From NCBI RefSeq assembly GCF_037042905.1, contig NC_087246.1, positions 53,692,001 to 53,756,000 on the forward strand: a stretch of 64,000 bases of DNA, written 5' to 3'. Source of the DNA: Lytechinus pictus (taxonomy: Eukaryota). Positions 38,403-60,629 of this stretch are shown one piece after another. Below the pieces are notes generated by a model. The model was not told where the DNA came from. It made no database searches and worked only from the letters and a program-made list of their open reading frames with translations. The translations under genes and the position numbers were made by a program. Every line of letters starts with the position of its first letter. Within the stretch, counting starts at the first letter, position 1.

Positions 38403-39020
38403 ATGATAGCTCCGATGAATTTCATTGAATTGCTTCATTTCGTGAAGGAAGTAACTAGACAATAAAGTTGTATGACAAAGCAAAGGGTTAATACGTTTTT
38501 ATGTTTTTTATGTAAAGTACAGAGTGTCTGAAGTTTTATCCGTTGTGCTGGCTCAAGTTTTTGGTAAGTACCTTTCGTCGGTAGTTTTTTTAATGGCATT
38601 TGTTTATACACCATTTTACATGGACATGCAGTGACCTTAATATGTATAGCATCAAAGAATATGAGTCTACCGCATATGCTTATTATGATTTATATATGTA
38701 TTCACCTGCACTTATCTATATTTAATAATTCTGTTTTGTTTTCATTATCATTTTTTTTCGTTTTCATGTTCATCGCCACATAATGAGGAAATTAATCATA
38801 CACCAAATTTTATCATCTTTTCGGAAAGGGATTTGTACTGTTTTGTAACCGCTAGGAAAAGGCGCTTCATTATATCGGATGGATAAGTTACTTAATATTA
38901 TGAAGTAAATATAATTCCCACAAAAAAAGTGTTGCACCATTTCCTTTCAGGTATGTGAGGAATGATCGTGGATAATGACAAAGCCCAATATTTAATAGCC
39001 TCCTGTCCCTCCTCAAATTA

Positions 39021-39218
39021 TATTGTTTATTGTATTGTATTTTTGTCTATAGGCGTATCCCGCCACAAGCCTCGGCGTTTAGGGTATACGCCTTCTTCTT
39101 TAAACCTAACATGTACATATTTATATTCTTCATAACAATTTGATTTTTGTTTCAATTAATGTTTATGAAAAATGTTGTGAAATGGAAGAAAATAAATGTT
39201 TATTTGAATTGAATTGAA
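39021..39218 (+). repeat. Dispersed repeat, probable LINE 3' UTR (copy 2)
   Basis: Closely similar to 11797-11987, with AATAAA before the (TTGAA)n end. Confidence 0.8.
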
Positions 39219-40220
39219 AAAAAAAATCATCTATATGACTGTATAAATCGTCGTCACTTCGTTGCCATTTTGTGGTCGAATATTCTTTTCAATTCTAATG
39301 AGCTTGGAAAACTACAAACTAGATTTAACAGCGCGCTGACAGTGATTCATTGTCATCTTCAAACATAATCAAGCAGATCATAAACTGGAGAATATGAGAT
39401 AGATAAAAGCTTGGTTAGGGGGTGAGGATTAGGCGGAAAACCCGAAGCGGGACACTTATGACTGGATTCTCTATAGGTTTATCCGGTGATCTCCGCTAGA
39501 GGGGGAGGGGCACCACCAGGGGATGGTGAAGTGCTCTGGGTTGGGAGGGGGATATAGGCTAAGTTTGTGTGGTGGTGACTTTTGTTTTCATTCTATCATT
39601 ACTTTGGATTTTTCGTAGTTCAGTGGCGTTCACACTACGAAAGAGATTAAATTTGGTGCATTTATTTATATATTGTTACTTTTTTTTTTTGGGGTGGGGG
39701 TTCTCGTTGCCAAGAAATTACGACACCTAAAAAGAAATGACCAGCAAAAAAAACCCAAAGGTTTATCAACAGAGAAAATTAGACGTTGAAAAAAAATCTG
39801 ACGAGCATAAAAGGACCATTAGGGTTCCTGGAGTGGGGGTTCAAGTCCTTCTCTTGTATAGATAGGCGGATCATGGACCAGCCTCTGTATTTGCCACTGA
39901 TACCCTTTGCAAACAAGTTCGAAAGGTGAAAAGTTACACCAAAGTAGACGAATTGCAGTGCACCTTTTAATTATCAAAATGTTTGATACTGAAAAAAGGT
40001 TTAAAGGAGATGTACAAGTAACAAGATATAAAAATTATGTGGAGATTTTTTTGACATGGTAGATAATTCCAAGTTAAATTCCCATTCACTGAAATATGAA
40101 AATCAATAGATATATACCAATATGTTTATTTTTAATTGATATTATTCAGCGGACTAGGCTAAAAAAAGCTCTTCACCTTGAAATGTTTCACTATCAGCGA
40201 AATTTGAAATAGGACACAAG

Positions 40221-40531
40221 GGCCCGAATTCTGAACTCGGGTTTAAATTAAACCCTGGTTTAAAATTGTGGTTTAACTATGGAGCGCCAATTTGAGCACA
40301 AATCTCTAACTTACACATCCAATTTATTGACTCATATGACACCCAAATTGTTCATAATTGTCTGGGAATGATAAATGAAGTATTTTGAAGTATTTTTCTT
40401 CATTATGAAAGCAAAATAGTAAACATGAGAAATATACATTAGAAACAGAATTTTTGAATTGTTGGCTTCCCATTATAATAGCACAGAGTTAGACCGTGGT
40501 CTAAGTTAAACCTGAATTCAGAATACGGGCC
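40221..40531. mobile_element. Harbinger-like MITE (~310 bp), copy 1
   Basis: TIRs GGCCCGAATTCTGAA / TTCAGAATACGGGCC. Colinear with 49587-49905; degenerate relative near 3119. Confidence 0.85.
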
Positions 40532-43413
40532 AGGGATTGTAACTTCCAGTCATTCATCATGTTCATCAATGTTCAAGGGCGCGGGGGAATAATGAGGCAC
40601 ATTGTACCTTGGAGCTTGAATTTTCGTTTAAGGATGTAGGAACTTTGGCACTGCCAATCCCAGCTTACGTATACTCTCTTGTAAGACATAAGAGAAACGT
40701 TCACAGCGTGAGGGATTATATTAAGGACAAAATTGGTTCTCATCCATTTTTACTCCAAAATCTCCCAATTCCTCCTGTTTTAATTTTCACTCCTTGACTC
40801 ACGAAAATTTTATTTTTAACTCCATAGCACCTCTTTGATAGCAAACAATTCTCCCAAAGTTAATCGCGTCCCCATGTATACATTAAGCAACTAAAACAAA
40901 GAATGTGGTAGTTATTTTATGTGTCTTTATTTTCGACGAAACGGACAAGAATGTAGTTTTTAGAACATTTACAATTCGAGGAGGGGTTTTTCATGATTGT
41001 TGCCTCTCTTTATCAGTGAGGGGGCCAGAGAACATTTCATGAAAATTCTTGTCGGTTGAATTTCCATGACCGTATACACTGCAACATGAGCCCCACATGC
41101 CTATATATAAAAAGTTCATTAACAAAATATGCGACGGCGCGAAGCGACCAAGCTTATTCCGAAAACAACCTTTGCATTTTAGATTAAAACTGAAGGATGT
41201 GTTGCACACTTTTGACGGATTTTGATAAAGTTTTGCGATAAAGAAGTGGGTTTGAAACCATAGCAACGGAAATCCTGACTGTCCTCTAGGGAATTTGATC
41301 CTGGACCCTGGATATGGATTGCATAACCAGCGCTCTACCAACCCGGTCAAGATAGTTTTTTTTTCTATTCTATATATCCAATTGTAAATGACATATAGTA
41401 ACAGGATGGCTTGGAATCCAAATAAAACAATGTTATCATTATCCTTTTCTTCTTTTCTAAGTCGGAAAGGGTATTCATTCTCCGGCAAAAACGGTTTGTT
41501 ATTATAACACGGGTTGAAATTTCCTACATATATTCGTATCTATATAAATTACATCCTGCAAGACTTTCTTCCAACAGTTTTAAATAATGGAGTTAACCTA
41601 TCTGAACAATTCAACATCAGTCTGTTCTCACCCCCAATATTCGTTCAATAACAGTTCTTGAGTTCATTATATTCTCGTACAGAATGCTGTATACAATCAT
41701 CATTAGAGTACATCTACGATGAGCACCTTAAGACGTTAGGGAATTAAATTGGATGAAGCGAGCCCTTGCCAATGTCACAGCACAGCATGCCTAATGCCAA
41801 GTCAGAAGCTTTTAATGCGACAGAGAGAAGAGAAATTGCAAACAAAAACTGACGGCAGATGTTGAGGGGCCGACTTGGGTATAAAGCGCCCCCAGGGTTG
41901 ACTGCCGGACATGTTATGCTGAAGTCTCCATGCTACACAAAAGCAATTCGCCTTGACTACCCGTATTATAAAGCAGCGCTGGTGAGCAGGGAAGGAACAC
42001 ATAAAAACCGAAATGCCATGAGCAAAATTCTAAAAAGCTTGGCATTCGCCCGGCATGCCGACGGCCTAGCTTTACAGTGTTTACCGGTACCAGACTTTGC
42101 CATCCCATTTTCTCTCCTTTTCTTTTTTCCTTTCATATCCCCTCTTTTCTTTCCTCCTTTCCCCTATGGGGCATTAATTTTGCAGAAGAAAAACCGAACA
42201 GTGATGTAAATAACCTTTCCTTCCCGCCGGCAAAATACGCATGTCGTATTCTTCCTTTCAGCCTTCCTCGCCTCTTCTCTTGCTTTATAATGTAGTAAAC
42301 AAATTATGAAGAATTAAAAGAAACCCACTTTGCTAAAGCAATTCATCACCATCATGCGATCTCTATCAAAATTCGACCAGGGTTCAATTGAAACATCAAC
42401 AATGAGCTAATCATCGGGACCTGCTGTACGTATGATTAGAAATTGAGATTTTACTTCATCAGAATACAAATCAACTGGTGACCTTTCCACCTGTTAATGA
42501 TTTTTTTTAACGGATGTTAGAATTAACGGTTTTCCCCTTTCTGCTGAAATCGTTGGTCATAATTATGTAAAAAAAAAGAGAAACTCGAAAATCCCTATTC
42601 CCATCACCAGAATGGACTCGTATCACAATCATCATCATTCCACTGATGAGGAGAAAGATCTCGGATCGCATCCCGAAAAGGAATATTGGCTTTAGGCCTG
42701 AAGTATCAGTAATGGAGCTATCCTCCAAACATCAGAACCAACACTGAAGGTTACGAATTTGTAATTGCATGTTCGACCAACGGTGTAGCCCTCTGTTGGT
42801 TAAGGGAAAGGGATGTATTCAAATATTAAAGCAACGCAATTGGGAGAGGGACAGTAAGAAAATGGGAGAGGAGAGAAAGTCAGAGAGAGAGACAGTGAAA
42901 GAGAGAGGGGGAAGAGAAAGACAGACAGTTGGGACTTAGAATCCAACTCCCTGGAAAGAGACAGACGGAGAGAGAGAGGGAAGGAGGATGAAGAGGAATG
43001 AACAATCAAGAGACATATTAAGTATAAAAGCATATCATATTTTTTTGTTCCTCATTTTCTGGCAATAAACATTTTAATGTATTAGTGAGAAGTGAGAATC
43101 CACCAAAGAGGAGTTGATTAAGCCATCATGTACCCCTGTACTTCAATTTTCAACTGGAGATAAAAATGTCTTTTTTTTCTTCAAAACAGCCACATCTTGA
43201 CCCTTTCCACTTTTGCAACTATAATATGTAAAGGTTTAAATATTCAGGTCCTTCATGTCCCTGTGGCCGTCTTCAGTCTATGTTTCCTGCTTGTCCTTTT
43301 AAGCTGACGATTGGGGAAATCAATAATTGTATGACATTCCTTCGATTGTTGTATCGATGTTATATCATGCTTCTAAATCCAATCACTTAGAGGTGAGATG
43401 GTATTGGGTGATC

Positions 43414-43545
43414 GGGTGCCCGTAACGCAAAGCTTAGCATTGATCGTAGAACATTTTCCTACGATTGACTCCATTGACTACAATGTACAATCAATCGTGA
43501 AAATCAAGCGTATGATCAATCGCTAACCTTTGTGTTACGGAACCC
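43414..43545. mobile_element. Harbinger-like MITE (~130 bp)
   Basis: TIRs CCGTAACGCAAAGCTTAGC / GCTAACCTTTGTGTTACGG. Relatives at 460-580 and ~45350-45450; a similar TIR ends at ~16502. Confidence 0.8.
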
Positions 43546-44264
43546 AGGAGGATGAGAAGATGGCGATAAATCTCATCAAAACACTTAAAAGAAATCTGTG
43601 GAATCACCGGTGGCAAGAGAAAAGAAATAACAATACAACATGGATTCGTAATATACACATCCCCTGGGCGGCATTTTATATGGCCAATGTAAGTGGTATT
43701 TGTGTTGTGAGACGCAACACCCATCATCACACTACTCGTGATATTGCCATGGTAATGGATGGATACTCGCAAGTCAAAACGTGATTTCTGTATTACATCT
43801 TCACCCCCCCCCCTACACACACCTCTCTCACTCCTCCACGTTTTTCCTCCTCCTTATTCTCATTTATTCCTTTCTCCTTTATTCATCCTCATTCTCCTTC
43901 ACCTACTTGTTCTTGTCCTTTCACCTTACTGGTGGTAGGAGTGTGACAGTGCATGTAAGTATATTAATCTTCAATCTACTCGTTGGCTCTCACTTTCTTT
44001 TCTTTGAAAAGTGAAACAGGCTATTTGCAGTTCATCCTGCAAATATAAACTCGATCCAGACTTGTCACTACCGGGGTAATCATATTTGGGAGAAAGCTGC
44101 ATGTTAGACGTAGCCCCCCCTCCCTTTTTTTTTAGCATGAGATGGGTATACACTGTATTCATCATTCCAATAATGTTGCTTGGTAAAATGATATGTAGGT
44201 GGAATACTGCCAAGTTTACACAAAAAATATAAAACAAAAGAAAGGAAAAGTCAAGAAGTCAAAT

Positions 44265-47200
44265 TTAGAATACATTCCAGTCTTTTTAATTGAGCTATTG
44301 TTACACTTCTACAACATTTAAAGTTCTTTACAGAATTCTGAGCCATACTACAAAAATTGTTATGCATTTTTTTTTTCTCAAGTAATTACCAAAAACAAAG
44401 CAATGTACATCAACGAAAAATGGGAGGGAAATATTTCATGGGAGGAAACTTCTGCAGTGTCCTAATTTTCATACACCACTGATCATAACTATACATTACC
44501 AAAAAAAAGCAAAAATAAATGCCCAAACACAAAGTTGGGAATTCAAAATAATATCACATCAAAAGTGGGTTGTTAAACCCCTATACAACAACATCACAAT
44601 CCTATTTTAACAATTTGTTCATAAGAACTTTCCCATCCCTACGCCATGCAACAATTATTGACACTTCCATTCAACTTCTATATGCAATGCTTGCTCTTAA
44701 ATCAATTCTATGTCAGCTCCCTGAATCTTTATTATTAACATCATTAGATCATGTAAAGGAATGCATTTTATAGTAACAAAAGAAATTCCAGTATGTTTCA
44801 CACACGTTTCTATTCTACCTTGTGTAATCTTTAGTGTAAGATATCGATCCATGAACAAGTCCATTCAGCAGTAGGGCAAATCACACGCTAAAGAATTATT
44901 AATAAATGCTTCCGAATCATACTTAATATACGTAAGGGAAGCAGAAAGGAATTTTCTTCAGTAAAAAAAAAATTCTACAAGCCCTTTCAATCAAAAGTAT
45001 CATAATTTTGATATAATACAGACAGTCAATGAATTCTCCCCTTCCCCTAAATAGAGCATATTATAAGATTGCATAACATTAAACAGATATCAGAGAAAAT
45101 GACATAGTCACCAACCAACTGTCACTTTTTTAAATCTTAATTATGTACATAACTCGATCACTTCGTGCTAAAACACAAACAGCAATAAATAACAAAATTT
45201 GGCCAGTTTGTGTGGCAGACATCGTCTGTAGAAGTAAAAAGCGCGAAATAATTCCCTGTACGATTGGATTGTAATACGTACAGTGCTTTGAGGATGCAAA
45301 GCATAAAGAGCCAGTCAAGGGTCATTTCACACTCAGCTTTGCAATTAGTTTCAGAACAAAGTTCAATGATTGATTGCATTGACCACAATCTACAATCAAT
45401 CGCCAGGATCAATCACACGATCAGTCACTAACATTTGTGGTACTAGCTCCCGGTCATTACTATTTTTAAAAGTTTTTTCTCTTAGAATTTAATTAGCTCC
45501 TAAAATGGTATTTAGGAGTTAGAGAGTAAAAAGAGAATATTTCTTTAACAAACATGTTTGTCACTCTTTCAAGGAAAGGCACTGAAAATAAGTTTTTGGA
45601 AATAAGTCTTTAAAAGTTTCAATCATGCTGTTGTTAACATTGATCTAAAATGAAGCATAAACACAACAATGAAACAACATACAATAATCCAAATCGTCAA
45701 TAATCTCATTTGTAGCATGTAATATCACACAGGAGCTAATCCTAGATATTGTAACTTACGAACAGCTTTATGAAACACCCACCAGATCAAGCCATTTGAT
45801 TTCCAAGTCAGACTTGAAAACTGGACAGTGAAATCTCCCATGCTCTGCCTATTTGAAGGTGAATGCCATCTAAGATGCATAGCATTGCAGAATTGCATCT
45901 AAATTGGAACCCCATGGAATATTTCACAAGGATTTAAGTGTATCGTAAAGTCGCTTAGGTTATAATACAGCACCTGCACTAGCCAATGCATACTGGGGAG
46001 ACACATTGCTTCTGTTACACTAAGTATACGTGAAAGTGAAACAACCCGCTTCGGACCTATTTCACGAAATCATGAAGAGCCTTAATTCTTGGAAACAGAA
46101 ACATGGATTATCGTCATATGCACATTTCTATGGGATGGTAATAAACTGAGGCTCAAAATAGTTTTTATAGGGCTGGGAGAATGACATACCTCACCTACAC
46201 AGATCGTCTTGTATTGCAAGGAACTGCCAACTTTGGGTAAAATAAAAACAAAAAGTCCTGAGGTGGTACGAAACATTAGGAAATAATAATAATTGTCATT
46301 TGTATAGCACTTAATCAATCTACGACTGCTCAATGCGCTTAACAATTATCAATCAGAGCTCTTCACTGGGATTAATCATAATTCATTGTGCATATCATTC
46401 TAAACGTAACAAATACATTCTATGTACAGACTTGTATTCAATGATGGTAAACCCTCCTTGATTTATAGAGTATACCATAAGTACACAATAGACTTCTGCA
46501 TTACACACAAACAAAATGGATTTATATGATAGCTTTTATACAAGATGCAACAATCCTAACTGTCGTTTTAATTCCAAAAAAACTCCTCAATACAAAATCA
46601 GCAGTGTATGTAAAAAAAGAAAAGAAAATAATAATCTCCAACGAAAATATATTTTAGGACAAATTGTAAGATTCAAATATATATGCAAAATAACAGTTTC
46701 TATGCAAGCTGAAAAGTTTTCTACTGAATTCTAAATCATCAAGGGATTGTCTTAAAAAGGACACGATCATTTTCAAAACATACAAAGATTCTGTGACAGA
46801 CATCACATGTATCCTATCTTATATCCACCATTTGACATCCATTCATGCTAAACGGGCCCTCATATCACACCGTAAATCTTTCTATGATAAATGAAATTGA
46901 TACAAGTGCTTAGATGGCATATATCAGTAATCTGCACCCTGTCAATTTGCATTTATCTTCTTTAAAAAAAATGAACTCAAATGGAGCATAATCTGATTGA
47001 GTATCAACATTTTACAAACTGAAATCTACAAAGCAAGACAAATGAAAATTGACAATTCAATGGTGTCCTTGATTAAAAAAAAACACACGAAAAATATACA
47101 ACATGAATAGGTGAACCAACACACACTCTGTTGAGAAACAGAAGGCCAATAACTCCTTTATAAATGTATGATTTAAATCCTTCTGTCTCTTAAAAGAGGA

Positions 47201-47338
47201 CTGTGTGCCTATTAAGTATTGATTTAAAGGTAATTATTTAACCATGCCTTTAATTTCCTTTCCCCTGAATGTCTTAATCGGTTTAAATCCTGTGGATGAC
47301 TTTACTTTTCTTATGTGGTATTCCTTCCGATGCTCATC
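44265..47338 (-). other. Probable terminal non-coding exon / long 3' UTR of RNMT
   Basis: Donor CAG|GTGAGA 43 nt after the stop (49957). Pyrimidine-rich acceptor ...ttttacatatacag at 47339-47340. AATAAA at 44728-44733 and ATTAAA at 44285-44290, the latter followed by a U-rich tract. Boundaries are inferred. Confidence 0.45.
46282..46344 (-). mobile_element. L2/SINE-type 3' tail remnant
   Basis: Reverse complement TGTTAAGCGCATTGAGCA...AGTGCTATACAAAT..(TTA)n. Confidence 0.45.
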
Positions 47339-47543
47339 CTGTATATGTAAAACATGACAGAAGTAAAGAAATAATTGATTAATGATTAAAAGAAGATGAT
47401 TGATGAATAGCTGATTTACATTGCAAAAATTTGATCACAATCTCTCATTATAAAACATAAACACAATGTTAGAAATAAGTGCCATAAACAGTAATTCAAT
47501 TTTACACAGAACAATACAATTGTCTAATGTATTTTATGATTAA

Positions 47544-48142
47544 AGGGGAATCCAGCCTTGGTCATAAAATGTTGTGTTGGGAAGGAGAAAAATAAATTAA
47601 ACAGAATGGTGAAAGTTTGAAAGAAATCGGACAAGCAATAAGAAAGTTATAGCTGTTTTAAAATTGAGATCACTAATACTATGTAGATTTCAAATTGGCA
47701 ACTGGGGAAGTAAATTATGACAAGAGGCAAGGACAACTTTCCCATAGGCCATGTACTTTATTATCAGGGATTTGTGGTTTTCTCCTAAGTACCCATTCCC
47801 CTGGGGCAGTAATCTAAATATAACCCAGGTAGTATATTGATTTATGTCCTCATGAAATAAAAATATAATTTGAAATAAAACTTTCAGGAAAAATGACATT
47901 TTAGCCATAATATGTATTGGAGTACATGAAAGAGTAGTCCTTGCCTTACATCACTATGGCATCCCATATGCGGCCAATTTGAAGTCTCCATGGGTATAGT
48001 GATTACCAATATTTACAACTTTAAAAAATTCATAACTTTCTTGTTAATTGTCCGATATTGTTTGTTCAAACTTTCACCTATCAACTTGTCCGATTTTTCT
48101 TTTCCTTATAAAAACAAGTTTTCATTTGGGTTGGATTCCCCT
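47544..48142. mobile_element. TTAA-targeting non-autonomous DNA transposon (Kolobok-like, AGG termini)
   Basis: TTAA|AGGGGAATCCAGCC ... GGTTGGATTCCCCT|TTAA plus subterminal inverted repeats. Confidence 0.85.
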
Positions 48143-48885
48143 TTAAACATACAGAATAAAAAATAAAGATAAATGCAATGCAATGCATTGTAATCTTTCA
48201 GTATGTGTAGGTTGATATTCCTGTTCATGAATTCTAATCATACATAAATGAAACAAATGAATCCCAACATCATGATTGATTGCTAGATACTAAAATGAAA
48301 ATAAAAATCCTAATCACGTGCATTGCCATGGAAATGACAATAGCCAAATTAACATGCTAATTCATGACCAAAAAAAAATGGTGACAAAATGTATATGTTA
48401 GCTCTACAATTCAACCCATGCTCAAGGCATATATCAATAGCTCAAAATAGGAAATGGTCAACAGTCAAATATCTGAAGAAGCAAATGTAATAAAGTCACC
48501 AGAAGATGGCGCTATTAATTTTCTGTCTCTCAAACAGACTGATGCTTCAAGGTAGTTAAAATCAGTAGAGATAGAGCATAGAATTTGGGAGCTTGTTGAA
48601 CATAACTTGAGCTCCCATTAATGCAGTCATTTTGAATCATGTAAAGGTACATGTATATTTATCAATGACTTGTGCTAAGGTAAATGGTGAATTGCCATTT
48701 GGTCTGTAACCAATTTGTATATTTTCCATTTGGCCTCGTCAAACATGATCTAATTCTAGTTCACATTCACCATTTCATCTATTTGCCATTTAGCCCATCC
48801 ACCATTTTATTTCAAGTTAGGCTTATCTAAACTACACTGAAGAGACCGATAAAACTGCTTAAACCAAAACAAAATAAATTTATAT

Positions 48886-49281
48886 GAGGCCGTTCTCATT
48901 ACGCTTTCTAAAACTAGTTTACTGGAAACCGATTCAGGAAACCGGTTTGGAAGATCGCTTTGCTAGCGTTCCCACTTGATCACACGAAAGTGGTATTCAA
49001 AATCACTTCACATAAAGCGATCTTGTTGCTATGGAAACGCTCTCAGCGTAGGCATTCTACACCTGTCGTGTGGAGCAGCGCGCTCAAAATGTGCGAAGAT
49101 CGCTTCCCGAAGAACAGGTGTGTCCTCACGCTAAAACCAGTTTAACGGGGCAAAGCGATCTTGAAAACTACATAGCGAGGTGGTTTTCTGAACCGGTTAA
49201 TAAGATAGCTTCGACCTTTCTCACTACACGTTAATCTAGTTTCCAGTAAACTAGTTTTAGGAAGGTAGTGAGAACGGTGTC
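48886..49281. mobile_element. MITE with 3-bp TSD TAT (PIF/Harbinger-like)
   Basis: ~44-bp TIRs CCGTTCTCATTACGCTTTCTAAAACTAGTTTACTGGAAAC and its inverse. TAT on both flanks. Confidence 0.85.
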
Positions 49282-49586
49282 TATGACTAACTTCAGATGA
49301 TTAAACCGAGGGGTCTGATGAATCCCATTGACTAAACCAAAGTGTTTACTCACTAGAGGTCAACTTATAAAATGGGGAGTGTATAAGAGCTTTGAAGGTT
49401 TGAATCGGGGATAGACTGGGTGAAGAGATTTGCAGACACACCATGAAGACAAGGTAGTCCTGAAAAGGACTCTTTTCTTCTTGTTCGTTGAAAAGGAACT
49501 TTTCAGAACTTACACCGAAAGACAAGCAGTCTTTTTCAGCACTACCTTATCTACACTGGGTACCTCTGCAAACGATTTCACCCAGA

Positions 49587-49905
49587 GGCCCATATTCTGA
49601 ACTCGGGTTGAAATTAAACCCTGGTTTAAAGTTGTGGTTTAACTATGGAGAGCCAATCGGGGCACATATCACTAAAAATACACATACAATTTATTAAATG
49701 ATACAACACTCAAATTGTTCATAATTGTGTGGGAATGATGACTGAAGTATTTTGAAGTATTATTTCTCGTTTTGAAAGCAAAAGGAAGCAAAAAAGTGAA
49801 CATTTGAAATATATAATATAGACAGAAATTTTGAATTTTGGCTCCCCATAATTTTAGCAGAGTTAGACCATGGTCTAAGTTAACCCTGACTTCAGAATCC
49901 GGGCC
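49587..49905. mobile_element. Harbinger-like MITE (~320 bp), copy 2
   Basis: TIRs GGCCCATATTCTGAA / TTCAGAATCCGGGCC. Colinear with 40221-40531. Confidence 0.85.
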
Positions 49906-50000
49906 AAGGTGTCTGTATATATGACAATATTATACTCCTAGATGTAAGTGTTCTCACCTGTATTCATAGTCAATCAGGTAGTATGGATTTCTTTCCCCAC

Positions 50001-58999
<8,999 letters not shown>

Positions 59000-59729
59000 C
59001 TGGCGGACCATAACAAAATAAGGTTATAGTACTTATCAGCAATGCATTATACACTTTGTACAAAAGCCACAATAATACAATCAGTAAAGGTTTCAGAGTT
59101 TATAAGCCCTATTGCTTTGTATGTGGATGATAAAAGAAATGTTATGAAAACAAAAGGAAACAGTGAACTGGGGTATTTTTGTTTTAATGAAGATTCAGTC
59201 AGTAGGCAGGTCCTTAAAATGTAGCTTCTTTCATTAAAGTATTGCATTGAGGAAAGTTCTACATGTACATATTTAAGTGAGTTAGGTGCAGATTATAATA
59301 CCTCTTTTAATTGCATCGCTGCTGCTCTACATATTTATCAATTAAAAAATAATAATTTTGCTATCTTTGTAAAGAGGAAGGATCAATTTTTTCATGCAAT
59401 GTATTTGAATTCAAATTATCTGTAGTCTCAACTTTTGATCTACAAACTACAAAATGAACATTTTCACCTGATAAAAGTGGTTGTTTTTACACTTTATTTT
59501 TGTTGGAGCCCAAATGATTTTTTCCCCATCATGGTAAACCTTAAGAATTATGCTTTAAAATAATATAGGTTTGAAAAGAAGTTGTGGTTCAAGATAACAC
59601 TTTTTTGTGACCTACATCTTCCTGATAGATGTTTGTTAAATCATGCTCAAAATGTGATGTGATTAAAGACGTAAATTTGTCCCTTTTAGAATGAGTGATG
59701 CCCACATACATTGTACATGTACATGTTAA

Positions 59730-60360
59730 TACCTGATAGAGCGGGGGCAATACCAGATATTGGAGAACTTTCGTATTCTGTGACGATCCATGTGAACGTA
59801 CGAGATTAAGGAATTTTGGGAGCGCTGCGCATGCGCAAAGTAATCTGTGACGAGCCTTCTCGTTCACTGCCCAAATCTGTGACTCGTATTTGAGGGTTTT
59901 GACGTTCGGTGTCATAGTGCTCGAATGAGCGCTAGTTCGTACATGATGACGTCATCCAAGCTTAGCAAAAAAGAATTAAGCCGCATAAACATTCGAGTTT
60001 CGTTGATTCAGCAGGGCTGGTAAACTGCAAATTATTGCTTGTTACCAGCTTTTCCATTACATTTAGTGTGTCCTGTTTTCAGACACTACATATCCGATAG
60101 GTAATTGATGTTCTATTTCTATTTCCAAACAACTGTGTTTTTTGGGCTAGTGCAAATGTTGCACCCACAGTCGCCCCACTGGTTCGTAGCTTGATGCTAC
60201 GCCTGATTCTCCGGCCGAGCATCGGCCCATGGCCCGCTCGCTATCACGCTGGTATATGCTGTGGCCTGGTACGGGTAAGTCGACTTAAATCGAAACTGTT
60301 TTTATCAATGAACTAACGTGATACTGAACGAGCGGTGTTACCACTTCCGGTGAACTAGGA
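59730..60360. promoter_or_regulatory. CpG-rich housekeeping-type promoter region upstream of RNMT
   Basis: Perfect NRF1-type palindrome TGCGCATGCGCA (59826-59837), CRE palindrome GATGACGTCATC (59945-59956), ETS motif ACCGGAAGTG (60342-60351, minus), and three TCTGTGAC copies (59777, 59844, 59876). Lies directly 5' of the first recognisable exon. Confidence 0.65.
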
Positions 60361-60629
60361 CTACGTTGCAGTCGCAGACAATCGAAAGCTCCTTAATGAT
60401 GCAAAAAAAAGGTTCCCACTAGGGAGCACATTGTACCATACTTTTCCAGAGAGAAAATTGAAAGCGCAACAGCTGGTTGTCAGTATTGACCAAGTGACTT
60501 AGTTCGAGTTGCATCTTTCTTAGACCTTTTTAAGGAAAATGATTATTGAGTTTATAAATATAATCATATCAATATGACTTTTACTTCAAAATTGTTAGAG
60601 ATTCATGTATGAAACAAATCATCTTTCTA

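Noticed and set aside
39621-39899. CAGTGGC...GCCACTG-bounded hAT-like element
   Set aside because: Only 7 bp of inverted identity and no matching 8-bp TSD; may be a composite of decayed repeats.
40991-41488. 165-aa ORF, the longest in the track
   Set aside because: Non-ATG start, no recognisable motif, composition typical of translated AT-rich non-coding DNA.
49350-49459. Possible alternative RNMT last exon (cag|GACTACCTTGTCTTC, DYLVF resembling YLVFAF)
   Set aside because: Weak pyrimidine tract, no suitable in-phase donor identified, and only 4 residues of similarity.
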